Virus record (IMG/VR): IMGVR_UViG_3300012533_000005
Source: a virus
Taxonomy: Duplodnaviria > Heunggongvirae > Uroviricota > Caudoviricetes
Length of the DNA stretch: 64,000 nucleotides
Direction: 5' to 3' (one strand)
Shown here piece after piece: positions 36,890 to 46,400 of the stretch (the stretch's first letter is position 1; each line of letters opens with the position of its first letter). A program made the position numbers and the translations under genes. The notes beneath the pieces were generated by a model. The model made no database searches. It saw only the letters and a program-made list of their open reading frames with translations, and was not told the DNA's origin.

Positions 36890-36913
36890 TAAAACAAACC
36901 AAAATAAATCAAA

Positions 36914-38392
36914 ATGAAGGCAGTATTAGATTTAACAAAGGCAATAAAGAATAAAGGGTACTATGAGGAGCAGTTTGAGGGTTCGGGAACAGAAAAGAAT
37001 ATTTTATTTGTTTCGCCACAATTAACTTCAAAACATTTATATAAATTCATTTTACCATTCTTTTCTTTCTATAATAAGAAAGTTCACACGGCAATTACGG
37101 ATTTATCAAAATATAATCCTTTTGAGCAGATAGTTCAATTAGATGCGACATTAAATAGAACTGAAATACTTTGGGCAAATTATATTGTTTTTCCATTTAC
37201 TACAATGGATTTATCAAAACAATATGGATTGTATGAGGCTATAAGAGAAGTTAATCCAAGCTGTAAAATAGTTTTCTTTGTTGACTTTAACTATTACGCT
37301 TTACCTGAAGGGCATCCTCATAAAGAGCTATTTGATTTTCCTAATGTTGTTGATAGTACTGAAATGAATATACTTATGTCAGACTTATGTTTATCTAGCA
37401 ACATTAATTTACAAACATTTTTAGTGAATAAATTTACTGAACTTGTACAAAGTAAATATAAACATATTGAGCATATACCCGCCATGTTTAATGCTATACC
37501 TTATTTAATTGACGACCAAATTGTATTACAAAATGTTGAGTTTGATGCTAATAAACCTGAATCTGTTATAAATAAGGAATTGTTTAAAAAAGTAGCAGGA
37601 GTAGCTGATGAAATAAAGAAAGATGATTTATCATTGAATAAGGATAAAGCTAAAAAGTTAGCTAATAGTAAGCCATCACCTAAAAAGAGTTATGAAAAAA
37701 CTAAAAAGGTAGTTGCTAAGAAGGGAAGAAAGAAGAAGGTTGAAATATCTACTGAGGAGGTTAAAACATCAGTTGAACAAACACCTTCATCTAACCCTAC
37801 TGAGTTTAATATTGAGCAAGAGAAACCAGTTATTGAAACTCCATTACCTAAGAAATATAGAATTGGAATAATTTGTTCTCAAAATAACTATATTGATATT
37901 AAAGCTTATAATGAGGAGTTTCGTAAGATAAATGAAAAGTATGGAGATTATGTTACACTTATATTTATTGGATATGATTATAAGGAAGATAAGAAAAACA
38001 TATTAGATGGGGTTAATTTTGAATATACTGAACAGGTTTCTATTATACAGTATTTTAAGCAATTACAGAGCTTGGAGTTAGATTTAATATTCATTCCACT
38101 AGATAGAAACTTATATAATGTAACAAGCGAAAACTTAAATAAGTACCTAGAAAGTGGGTTATTCAGTATTCCCGTAATTGTTGACGATATGTTCCCTTAT
38201 AATCAAATCATCCTTAATGAGAGAAATGGTTTTTTATATAAATCAAGACAAAATTTTATTACAGAGCTTCATAAGATATTGAATAATCTCGATTTGATAA
38301 AGGTTGTTAGCATTGAGGTTAAGAAAGATGTATTAAGAAGTTATACATATTCAGATGCAAACGTCGGATTAATCGCATCCGTTTATAGTTAA
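36914..38392 (+). CDS. hypothetical protein (492 aa) with a Lys-rich central linker
   Basis: Long ORF with the AAATAAATCAAAATG leader. Central KKSYEKTKKVVAKKGRKKK. Confidence 0.55.
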   Translation: MKAVLDLTKAIKNKGYYEEQFEGSGTEKNILFVSPQLTSKHLYKFILPFFSFYNKKVHTAITDLSKYNPFEQIVQLDATLNRTEILWANYIVFPFTTMDLSKQYGLYEAIREVNPSCKIVFFVDFNYYALPEGHPHKELFDFPNVVDSTEMNILMSDLCLSSNINLQTFLVNKFTELVQSKYKHIEHIPAMFNAIPYLIDDQIVLQNVEFDANKPESVINKELFKKVAGVADEIKKDDLSLNKDKAKKLANSKPSPKKSYEKTKKVVAKKGRKKKVEISTEEVKTSVEQTPSSNPTEFNIEQEKPVIETPLPKKYRIGIICSQNNYIDIKAYNEEFRKINEKYGDYVTLIFIGYDYKEDKKNILDGVNFEYTEQVSIIQYFKQLQSLELDLIFIPLDRNLYNVTSENLNKYLESGLFSIPVIVDDMFPYNQIILNERNGFLYKSRQNFITELHKILNNLDLIKVVSIEVKKDVLRSYTYSDANVGLIASVYS

Positions 38393-38418
38393 TTAAAAAA
38401 AATAAAAAAATAAAAACT

Positions 38419-38625
38419 ATGAAAGTAACAATTTTAGACAATGGCATAACAGCAAAAGATGAAAATGGTAAGGTTTGGAACGTTAGTGGTATTAACGTAA
38501 AAAAAGACAACCATGAGGGTAAAACATTTTATGCAAATGACACAAAATTCTTTAAGGTTTGTTGCCCAATTAAAACACCACATCAAGCGGTGGTTGTAGA
38601 TGATAAAACAGTATCATTACTTTAA
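38419..38625 (+). CDS. hypothetical protein (68 aa)
   Basis: ORF. Confidence 0.45.
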   Translation: MKVTILDNGITAKDENGKVWNVSGINVKKDNHEGKTFYANDTKFFKVCCPIKTPHQAVVVDDKTVSLL

Positions 38626-38635
38626 AAAAAATATT

Positions 38636-39433
38636 ATGGCTAAAACAAAAACAAACAAAAAAGGGTCAGGCACAAAGGTAAAAGAACCTGTATATAAAAA
38701 ATCAAGGGCTAAATTATCTACTATTAAGCCTTTGAAACATAAGGAAAGGGTGTTGAAAATTGTAGTTGGATGTAAAGGTTCGGGAAAGACAGTTGAAACA
38801 AAGGGGTCTATAAAAAAGTATCATAAAAAGTTTCCGAAAGAAAAGATACTTATTCTTGATTTTTATAACGAGTATAGTGAATACAAGGCTCTTGATGTTA
38901 ATGATATTATTAAATACAATAATTCTATAAAAACAGAACCAAGAAGAATAGTTTGTGATTTAAAAACAGCTCATAAGCAAATTGAGCAGGTGATGTTTCA
39001 TTTCAGAGGTGGTCTTTTAGTTATAGAACAAAATCCTTTTATTGATAATATTAAGCAAGAACATTTGCTTATGGGGTTAGTTGCTTCTAATCGTACAAAA
39101 GACATTGACATTATTTTACACTATTCATCAATAAGGCAAGTTCCGATTAAGGTATATCAAAACGCATCATTTTTCAGAGTTCATAGAAATATTGAGCAAA
39201 TTGATTTAAGAAAGTATCTTGAAACACATCATTCTACTGCACTTTGGGTTGCTCTTGATATTCAGTCAAATCAATTGACAAATTATAATTGTATTCATGT
39301 TAATATGAATACAGAAAAAATATTTGGAGCTTCTTATAACCAACTATATTATTCATCCGTTAGTTATTTTTCTGATAAGATTCACGAATTAGCTAAAAGA
39401 CTTAAAGGGGAAGGTAATTATGGCAAAAATTAA
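38636..39433 (+). CDS. P-loop NTPase (Walker A GCKGSGKT; Walker B-like ILILDF)
   Basis: KIVVGCKGSGKTVET. Start trimmed to MAKTK at 38636. Confidence 0.5.
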   Translation: MAKTKTNKKGSGTKVKEPVYKKSRAKLSTIKPLKHKERVLKIVVGCKGSGKTVETKGSIKKYHKKFPKEKILILDFYNEYSEYKALDVNDIIKYNNSIKTEPRRIVCDLKTAHKQIEQVMFHFRGGLLVIEQNPFIDNIKQEHLLMGLVASNRTKDIDIILHYSSIRQVPIKVYQNASFFRVHRNIEQIDLRKYLETHHSTALWVALDIQSNQLTNYNCIHVNMNTEKIFGASYNQLYYSSVSYFSDKIHELAKRLKGEGNYGKN

Positions 39434-39779
39434 GGATAGTGATAGTAAAAAGATTAAATCCCTTATTACAAAAGTAAAGGCTTTGGCGGACAAAGGTGAG
39501 GGAGGGGAAAAAGAAAATGCTAAAAAGAAACTTTCAGAATTATTGGATAAATACAATATCACTAAATTTGAGGAAAAGAAGTATAAAAAGAGAACTTTCA
39601 AATTAGCTGATTTTAACGATTGCAAGACGATTATGACACATTGCATCATTGATACCAATAAAAACGCCTGTATTGAAGGATATAAGGCTAAAAAAGAACT
39701 TTACGTTAAGTTGACTGACGGGGAATATATTGATGTTTGTGAGAAGTTTAACCATTATTACCCAATATTCCACAGGTAA
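39420..39779 (+). CDS. DUF2786-like domain protein (119 aa); paralog of the 32862 N-terminus
   Basis: See 32862-33590. Confidence 0.5.
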   Translation: MAKIKDSDSKKIKSLITKVKALADKGEGGEKENAKKKLSELLDKYNITKFEEKKYKKRTFKLADFNDCKTIMTHCIIDTNKNACIEGYKAKKELYVKLTDGEYIDVCEKFNHYYPIFHR

Positions 39780-39942
39780 CGTGAAAGTTTTGTGAAGGCT
39801 TTTATATTGAAGAACGACTTAGGTATTGTAGATTTGACCACTAATCAATTTGAAGAAGCAGAATCGGCAGAAATAGCTGAGATTTCTGATATGATGAATG
39901 GAATTGATGGATATAGATTTATTAAACATAGCCACTTATTAA

Positions 39943-40257
39943 ATGAGAACTGAAATTAATTATAAAAAAGAGGGGTTTACTCAAATATTCCCTATTCTTT
40001 ATATCACAAATGATAAAGAAAAGGCTTGGGTTTTCGGATTCGGAAAAAAGAATATTGCATTTGTTTCAGGTGAAAATGATTATTATAAGGATAATAAGAA
40101 ACACTTCAAAAATGGAGGTGATATTTCATCTAGTTATGATGGAGTCATATCGAGTAGGTTTAGTAAATTAAAAACAAACGAAAAGTTTTTATTAGTTGTA
40201 TCTGTATTTGCAGTAGCAGGTCTGTTTATGTATGTATATAATAAAAGACGTAGATAA
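39943..40257 (+). CDS. hypothetical protein with C-terminal TM (104 aa); paralog of 29879
   Basis: See 29879-30334. C-terminus FLLVVSVFAVAGLFMYVY. Confidence 0.5.
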   Translation: MRTEINYKKEGFTQIFPILYITNDKEKAWVFGFGKKNIAFVSGENDYYKDNKKHFKNGGDISSSYDGVISSRFSKLKTNEKFLLVVSVFAVAGLFMYVYNKRRR

Positions 40258-40282
40258 TAATTGATTTCAAGCTAATTAATAA

Positions 40283-40313
40283 AAAACCCAATCTTTTTTA
40301 AGGATTGGGTTTT
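40283..40313. terminator. bidirectional rho-independent terminator (AAAACCCAATC / GATTGGGTTTT)
   Basis: 9-bp stem flanked by an A-run on one side and a T-run on the other, between convergent genes ending at 40257 (+) and 40341 (-). Confidence 0.65.
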
Positions 40314-40340
40314 GCCGTTTTTGGTATTCTGAGATATTTT

Positions 40341-41417
40341 TTATTCGTCTTTAACCGAAAATTTTGGAGTTGAAGTCTTGTCATTACCTCTTGAAATATT
40401 AATATAGTAGTCATTACCTCCTTGAACTATTTCATAACCAAATGTGTTATCTGCACTTGATAATATGCCTTTTAAAACACTAAGAGGAATATATTTCCAA
40501 TGTAACATTTGAAATGTGCTATTGATAATGTCCATTATGCTTTTTGAGTAATCTTCAATATATTTTTGAGGAGAAACTGGAATTATTTGTTCAGGAACGT
40601 ATTGAAGGTTTTGTTGCTTATGAACATCTTGGAAATGATTGCTCTTATTAAGCATTTCATAATGTATCTGTTTGTTTTCAGTAATTCCTTTAGGTTGATT
40701 ATTGCTAATGCTAGAAACTGGATTGCTATGTATATGATGTTGGTAACTGCCAGTCGCTTCCCTTGCTATTATAGGGTTTTGCCCATGAGTAACTTGAGGT
40801 TGATTTGCATTTGTATTTGTATTATTGTTACTAGGCATTGAGTTCATTACATTGTTTATGTTACTAGCATCAATAACTGTTTTAGTATTTGTGTTATCGC
40901 TAACAACAGATACCCCACCTTTTACTTTTATTTTAAGTGTAATTAATTTATCTTTTTTGGGTTCAGCCCACTCTTTTAAGGCGTTAGATGCCTTAGTGTC
41001 TTTTTCAATAATAGTAGCAACTAACTGAACCATCATAGGGTTTTGAGTTAATGTAGTGAAGTCACTAACGAAATCATTTACAAGATTCAAAATATCCTGT
41101 GGTAATCTTTGAATATCAATATTGTATTCATCTATGATACCTCCTGTTTGAGTTTTTTGCTCTGACTTAGGAAAAGGAATAGCATCTTTTAGCTGCTCAT
41201 TTCCGTAAATTTCCTTTATCAACAAATCAGTTTCGTTTAACTTTGGCTTAACCGACTCATTATTTTTAGTTTCTTTTTTATCTTCAGCCTTTAAAGACTC
41301 TTTCTTATTGATAACGTTTTTTTCTTCTTTAATTGATGGTCGCCCACGACTAGCCTTATCATCCGTGATTTTTTTATTATCGGAATCTTTTTTCTTTTTA
41401 TCGTTATTTTTTGCCAT
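40341..41417 (-). CDS. minus-strand protein with N-terminal AT-hook (RGRP) and Asn/Gln-rich low-complexity regions
   Basis: MAKNNDKKKKDSDNKKITDDKASRGRPSIKEEK. The only convincing minus-strand gene in the window. Confidence 0.55.
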   Translation of the reverse strand: MAKNNDKKKKDSDNKKITDDKASRGRPSIKEEKNVINKKESLKAEDKKETKNNESVKPKLNETDLLIKEIYGNEQLKDAIPFPKSEQKTQTGGIIDEYNIDIQRLPQDILNLVNDFVSDFTTLTQNPMMVQLVATIIEKDTKASNALKEWAEPKKDKLITLKIKVKGGVSVVSDNTNTKTVIDASNINNVMNSMPSNNNTNTNANQPQVTHGQNPIIAREATGSYQHHIHSNPVSSISNNQPKGITENKQIHYEMLNKSNHFQDVHKQQNLQYVPEQIIPVSPQKYIEDYSKSIMDIINSTFQMLHWKYIPLSVLKGILSSADNTFGYEIVQGGNDYYINISRGNDKTSTPKFSVKDE

Positions 41418-41500
41418 TTTGATTTTGGTTTACAGGTTTTTTGTAAAGATAAAAAATATTTGATTTGTTTTCAAATGTTGATAAAAAATTGTTATTATTT

Positions 41501-41508
41501 AGTATTTT
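41501..41508 (+). promoter_or_regulatory. TAttTTTG -7 box of a Bacteroidota-type promoter for the downstream operon
   Basis: TATTTTTG lies 18 nt upstream of ATG 41527, in the divergent intergenic region. Confidence 0.4.
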
Positions 41509-41526
41509 TGTGTGTATTGAAATCAA

Positions 41527-42135
41527 ATGGATAAATCAACTGAAAGCAGATTAACGCTTATAAGTAGTAAAATATTAAAAAAAGGAAGGTTATTATATTC
41601 AAAATATCTTTGCCTGTGTGGTAATCATAGGTATTATCCTGAATATATGGTTAATAAGGGGGATATTAAGAGTTGTGGTTGTTTGAAAAAAGAAAGAATT
41701 TCTAAGCTTAAATATAAAGATGGTTTAAAGGCTAGTAACTTAAAATTATATCAAGTTTGGGCATCAATGAGGAAAAGATGTAGAAATAAGAAGGATAATG
41801 ATTTTTTAAATTATGGTGGTAGGGGTATAATTGTTTGTGATGAATGGAATAATAGTTTTAAGTCTTTTTATGAATGGTCTATGAATAACGGATACACCGA
41901 AGGAAAAGGATTAAGTATAGATAGGCGTGATAATAATGGTAATTATTGCTCTGAAAATTGTAGGTGGACTGATTGTAAAACACAGAACTATAATTCAAGA
42001 CACGCAATAGGTTTTGAAAAAGCAAATAAAATAAAATCTGAAATAGGTAATGGCACTATGAAAGAAGTAGCTAAAAATAATAACATATCATTATCAACTT
42101 TAAAAAGAATTAAATATGGGAAAACCTATAATTAA
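41527..42135 (+). CDS. HNH homing endonuclease (HNH_3, phage-type)
   Basis: LCLCGNHRYY...CGC zinc motif, then YGGRGIIVCDEWNNSFKSFYEWSMNNGYTEGKGLSIDRRDNNGNYCSENCRW. Confidence 0.65.
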   Translation: MDKSTESRLTLISSKILKKGRLLYSKYLCLCGNHRYYPEYMVNKGDIKSCGCLKKERISKLKYKDGLKASNLKLYQVWASMRKRCRNKKDNDFLNYGGRGIIVCDEWNNSFKSFYEWSMNNGYTEGKGLSIDRRDNNGNYCSENCRWTDCKTQNYNSRHAIGFEKANKIKSEIGNGTMKEVAKNNNISLSTLKRIKYGKTYN

Positions 42136-43414
42136 AAATAAAGGCGGAATATTCAAAGGTGCTTTGCACTCTCAGGGTGGAATACCATTAGTTGTTAATG
42201 GTAGTGGTCAACATATTGAAGTAGAAGGAGATGAAGGACTCATACCTTCTGAGGCTATGAAAGGTGAAAAAATAAAAAAAGTAGAAGGTACTAATGTAGA
42301 AGTTATTCATAAAATAAATAAAGAGGTTGGTGCAAAGGGTTTGAATGAGAAAGCCACAGAAGTCCATGTAGGTGATGCTATAATTTGTCGTAAATCAATG
42401 TATGATAAAAAGAAAAGAACTTATATAGGTACTGATAAACAGATAGTTAGTGCTGTCAATCGAAGTAATGGATGTAAGGTTATTGAAAAAGGAGCAAAAG
42501 CTATCGAGCCTGATGGAAGTGTCGTTCAATACAAAAAAGGTGGCGATGTTTCAGTAATAAATGCACGTTGGGATAAAAAGAAAAAAAGCATTGAAGAACT
42601 TGCGAATAATATTCACCGATTGAGGCTAAATCTTACCCGTAATTTGAATGGTGATGATGAAAAAGATTTTTTAACCGCACTTGTTATTTCAGTTATGATG
42701 AAAACAGGTGAGCGTGTAGGTAATGATGATAGTGCAAGTAACGGTCACTATGGCATTACAGGGTTCAGAAAGAAACATATTAAAATAAACGGCAGAACAG
42801 TTACCCTAAACTATATGGGAAAGTCGGGTGTAGAGCATGAAAAAGAATTTACCGATAGGATATTATCAGAGCATCTGAAAAGAGCAATAAGAAAATCACC
42901 AAACAACTATATATTCTGTACATCTGATGGCTTTAGAATAAAGGCAGATAGAGTAAATCGTTATCTTGAGGAATATAATATTTCGGCAAAGGCTCTAAGA
43001 GGATTTGCTGCTAATAAATGGATAGTTGATAAGCTAGAAAAAATTGAAATACCCGATACTGAAAAACAAAGAAAAACTGTTTTTAATAAAGTGGCAAGGT
43101 CGGTAGCAGAAAAAATAGGACATGGTGTTCCTACTCTTAAAAAACACTACATGATGCCTGAGTTGGCGGATAATTATATTTTTGATGCTGAAATAGTTGA
43201 TGTTAAGGAGGCGAGTGTATTTGCTTCGGGTGGTGAGTTAGGTACTGAGTCGTTGGAAAAAAGAGTGACAAATAGGCTTAGTGAGGAAAAGAAAATTAGG
43301 GTTAAGGATTTAATTGAAATTATTGGTAGAGAGCCTGAGTATCCAAATGAATATATTGGTGGATTGAAATTACAGAAGTGTTTCCTAATTCCTTTTTATA
43401 GATTAATTAAATAA
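42116..43414 (+). CDS. type IB DNA topoisomerase (poxvirus/bacterial TopIB-like) with N-terminal extension
   Basis: Catalytic pentad with vaccinia-like spacing. R (VMMKTGERVG, compare vaccinia ETMFFIRFG) to K (YMGKSGVEHEKEF, compare KFVGKDKVSHEF) is 36 residues, against 37 in vaccinia. R (KALRGF) to H (IGHGVPT) is 42 residues, then 9 more to Y (TLKKHYM, compare vaccinia SKRAY). GITGFRKKHIKI aligns with vaccinia GLLTLKNKHIEI. Confidence 0.7.
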   Translation: MGKPIIKNKGGIFKGALHSQGGIPLVVNGSGQHIEVEGDEGLIPSEAMKGEKIKKVEGTNVEVIHKINKEVGAKGLNEKATEVHVGDAIICRKSMYDKKKRTYIGTDKQIVSAVNRSNGCKVIEKGAKAIEPDGSVVQYKKGGDVSVINARWDKKKKSIEELANNIHRLRLNLTRNLNGDDEKDFLTALVISVMMKTGERVGNDDSASNGHYGITGFRKKHIKINGRTVTLNYMGKSGVEHEKEFTDRILSEHLKRAIRKSPNNYIFCTSDGFRIKADRVNRYLEEYNISAKALRGFAANKWIVDKLEKIEIPDTEKQRKTVFNKVARSVAEKIGHGVPTLKKHYMMPELADNYIFDAEIVDVKEASVFASGGELGTESLEKRVTNRLSEEKKIRVKDLIEIIGREPEYPNEYIGGLKLQKCFLIPFYRLIK

Positions 43415-43417
43415 TAA

Positions 43418-46400
43418 ATGAAGTTATTAGCACCCAATGGAAAGCCGAGTAATCTTACTCCCGAACAATATCGTTTGGTGAGAACTACTGCTTTCAAATC
43501 TTGGTTTGGTGATTGGGAAAATGACCCCGAAAATTCTTCAAAGGTTGTTGATGAAAATGGTGAGCCTTTGGTTTGTTATCACGGAACTCGCTCTGATTTT
43601 AATGAGTTCAAGAGAACTCGTTTTGGTAAATTAGGTGAAGCTATGTATTTTACATCCATTGAAAAAGATGCTATTAGATATGCTAAAAAATATGATGGAG
43701 TGAGAGTTATTAAAGCTTTTTTAAATTCAAAAAATTTAGCCGAAATAAGCAGTCCTTTTGCTAAAAAAGAGTTACCTGAAACATACGATGGGGTAATGGC
43801 ATCTAAAGGTGTAGTAGGTGGGGAAGAAATTGTTGTATTTGAACCCAATCAAATAAAACTCGCAGACGGAAGCAACACGACATTTGACGGTAGCAACCCT
43901 GATATAAGGTTTGATGATGGTGGTGGTATTGGTATTGATGTGAAAACACCAATTTACACAGCTATATTCATTAATAAAGATGAATTAATTAAAAAATACA
44001 AGCCTGTTCATAAAAATATATTCTACCATCATTCAACTATTGAATTTAAACCTCAAGATGTAACTGATTTTCCAAAAGGTCAGGAAACCAAAGTTGATAT
44101 AACTGGTAGATTAACAACCGATAAGGTTGATGTTTTATTAGTTAATAACCAACTTTCAAAAAAGAAAAACCCTCATATTACATTGTCTACTGCCGAAGGT
44201 GTAAGTCCAATGCAAAGCGATATTGAAATTGAAGAAAATTTGGGAAATATAATTCCATTAAACGACTCTATTAATGGCATTTATGATGTTTTTTATGGTG
44301 ATAATTCTAAAATAACATCTACCGATAATGGTGGCAATCAGGTAACATTGAAGTATATTAAAGATGGAAAAGAATTAGGTTATCTTAATTATATTTATGA
44401 TGATAAAGAACCCCTGTCTGTTGGTTTAGATTTACATCCATTTAACTTCAATAGTGAAATGTATATTGATTTTATTGAGGTTTATGAGGATTATATGGGA
44501 AAAGGTATTGCTAAAAAGCTAATTAATAAAGCTATAAGTGATGCAAATGAATTGGGTGTAGTTGTTGTAACACTTCGTAGGGATAGTGGTTTAGGATGTA
44601 ATTATGGAAGTGAATATGATAATATGCTAAAAAAATTATACTCAAGTCTTGGTTTTACTGAAACTTGGACTGAAAAAGATGCTAAATTAAGTGGTGGAGA
44701 AAAAAATATATGTGCTATGCACTTAAAAGTTTATAATAAATACAATAATGGCGGACAAATGGAAAATGAAATAAACGAACAGGAATTTAATGAAGCCATT
44801 AACACTATGATTGTTTATGGTAAGCAGAATAATCGTAAAGACTTTATTCAGGCAGCAAATTTCATTAGAGATTTTGATTTAGATAATGATGTTTTGATTA
44901 AAGCAAAGTATGAGGAAATAAAAAACCAAACAAAGAGGCTATTTGAAGAACAAAAAAAGTCTATAAGAGAGTCTAAAGAATATAAAGAGTTGCCGTATAA
45001 TGATTACTATCATATCATGAATGATGTGACTTCGTATAGATATATTGAAGTTATTGGTAGAGTACCGAAGGATATTCAAAAAATTAAAAAAGAAACAAAA
45101 GACCTTAAAGGTGCTTATAAAAAAGTTGTAGATGATTATATTCGTAGCATAGAGTTATTTGTTCCGATTGCTATAAAAGTTGAAAAGTTAAAAAATAAAA
45201 TTGTAAAGAAATTGCCATTGACACCTGAACAAAAGGAAGATAAGGCTATGAAAGAATTGAGAGAAAGTATTTATGAATCCATGCCAACAATAAATAAGGA
45301 AGTCCTTAGTAAAATGGTTGAGGAAATTAAAGAAACATTTAAGCCACTTGAAAAGATAATTTACGAAAGGGAAACGAAAAGATACCATGAGATTATATTA
45401 AAAATAATAAAAGATAACGAGGTTTATGGAAATCGCTTGAGCGATGGATTATTGCCTTTTTATAATGATATATTTGATTACAAAACAGAATCAAGGAAAA
45501 GTGAACCCAAGATAGATTTTACTGGCAATACTTATTATATACAGGAACATTGGCTTATTGATTTAAGCCTAAAAAATAATTGGAAAGAAGTTGTTTCAAA
45601 AGTTGTCTTACAAGAAATTGAAATGCTTAAATATAATATGCTTTATTCAATCGTAAGCAATTTCAGGAAAATAACAGCTCCTATTGAAAAAATAGAACAA
45701 TTAAGATTATATGTAGGTGAAAAAGGATTTGAAGGGGCTTATAAATTTACTTTTAAAAATGGAAGCAGCTTTGTGTTTCAAACACAATCAATATCTGCTG
45801 GTGGTTATAATATACAAAAATACCATTTTAGATATTTAACTCATTTTACTGATATTATTTTATCTGATGGGAAAAAGGCATCTAGTAATATTGATATACA
45901 CAAGTATTTTTCCGTACCCGATGCTGAAATAAATCCTTATACTAAAATAGATGATGCTCCATCACAAATTGAAATAGCTGAAATAATTGTTGATGCTATT
46001 AAAAATGGTGCGACAAGTATTGACCCTAAATCTATAAAAGATATAAAGGTTGATAACGACTGGATGCGTAGAATAATAGTTTCAGTAACATATATGGAAG
46101 ATGGTATTCAGCAAAATCAATATGTGTATTTAGACCTTTTATCATTTAAAAAGAGCCAAACGGCAGCTAAAAAGTTTTTAAAGGATATTGATGCTGAAGT
46201 TTATCAAATTGCTGATTCATCTAAAAATAATGAAGTTGAAAAGCCGTCTGTTGATATAAATGATGATTCAGATAAATTAAAAAACGAATTAATATCAGTA
46301 TTAAAGGCAACCTATAATCTAAAAGACAGAAGTGAAAAAATAGGTCAAAAGTATAGTCAAGCTAATGATGCCTTTAAAGATAAGTTTGGCATTACCTATG

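Noticed and set aside
42116-43414. Initial impression of a tyrosine recombinase/integrase (R...HxxR...Y)
   Set aside because: Residue spacing (R to H is 42 aa, not 22-23) and block similarity match topoisomerase IB instead. No attachment-site repeats or lysogeny module seen. Reclassified as TopIB.
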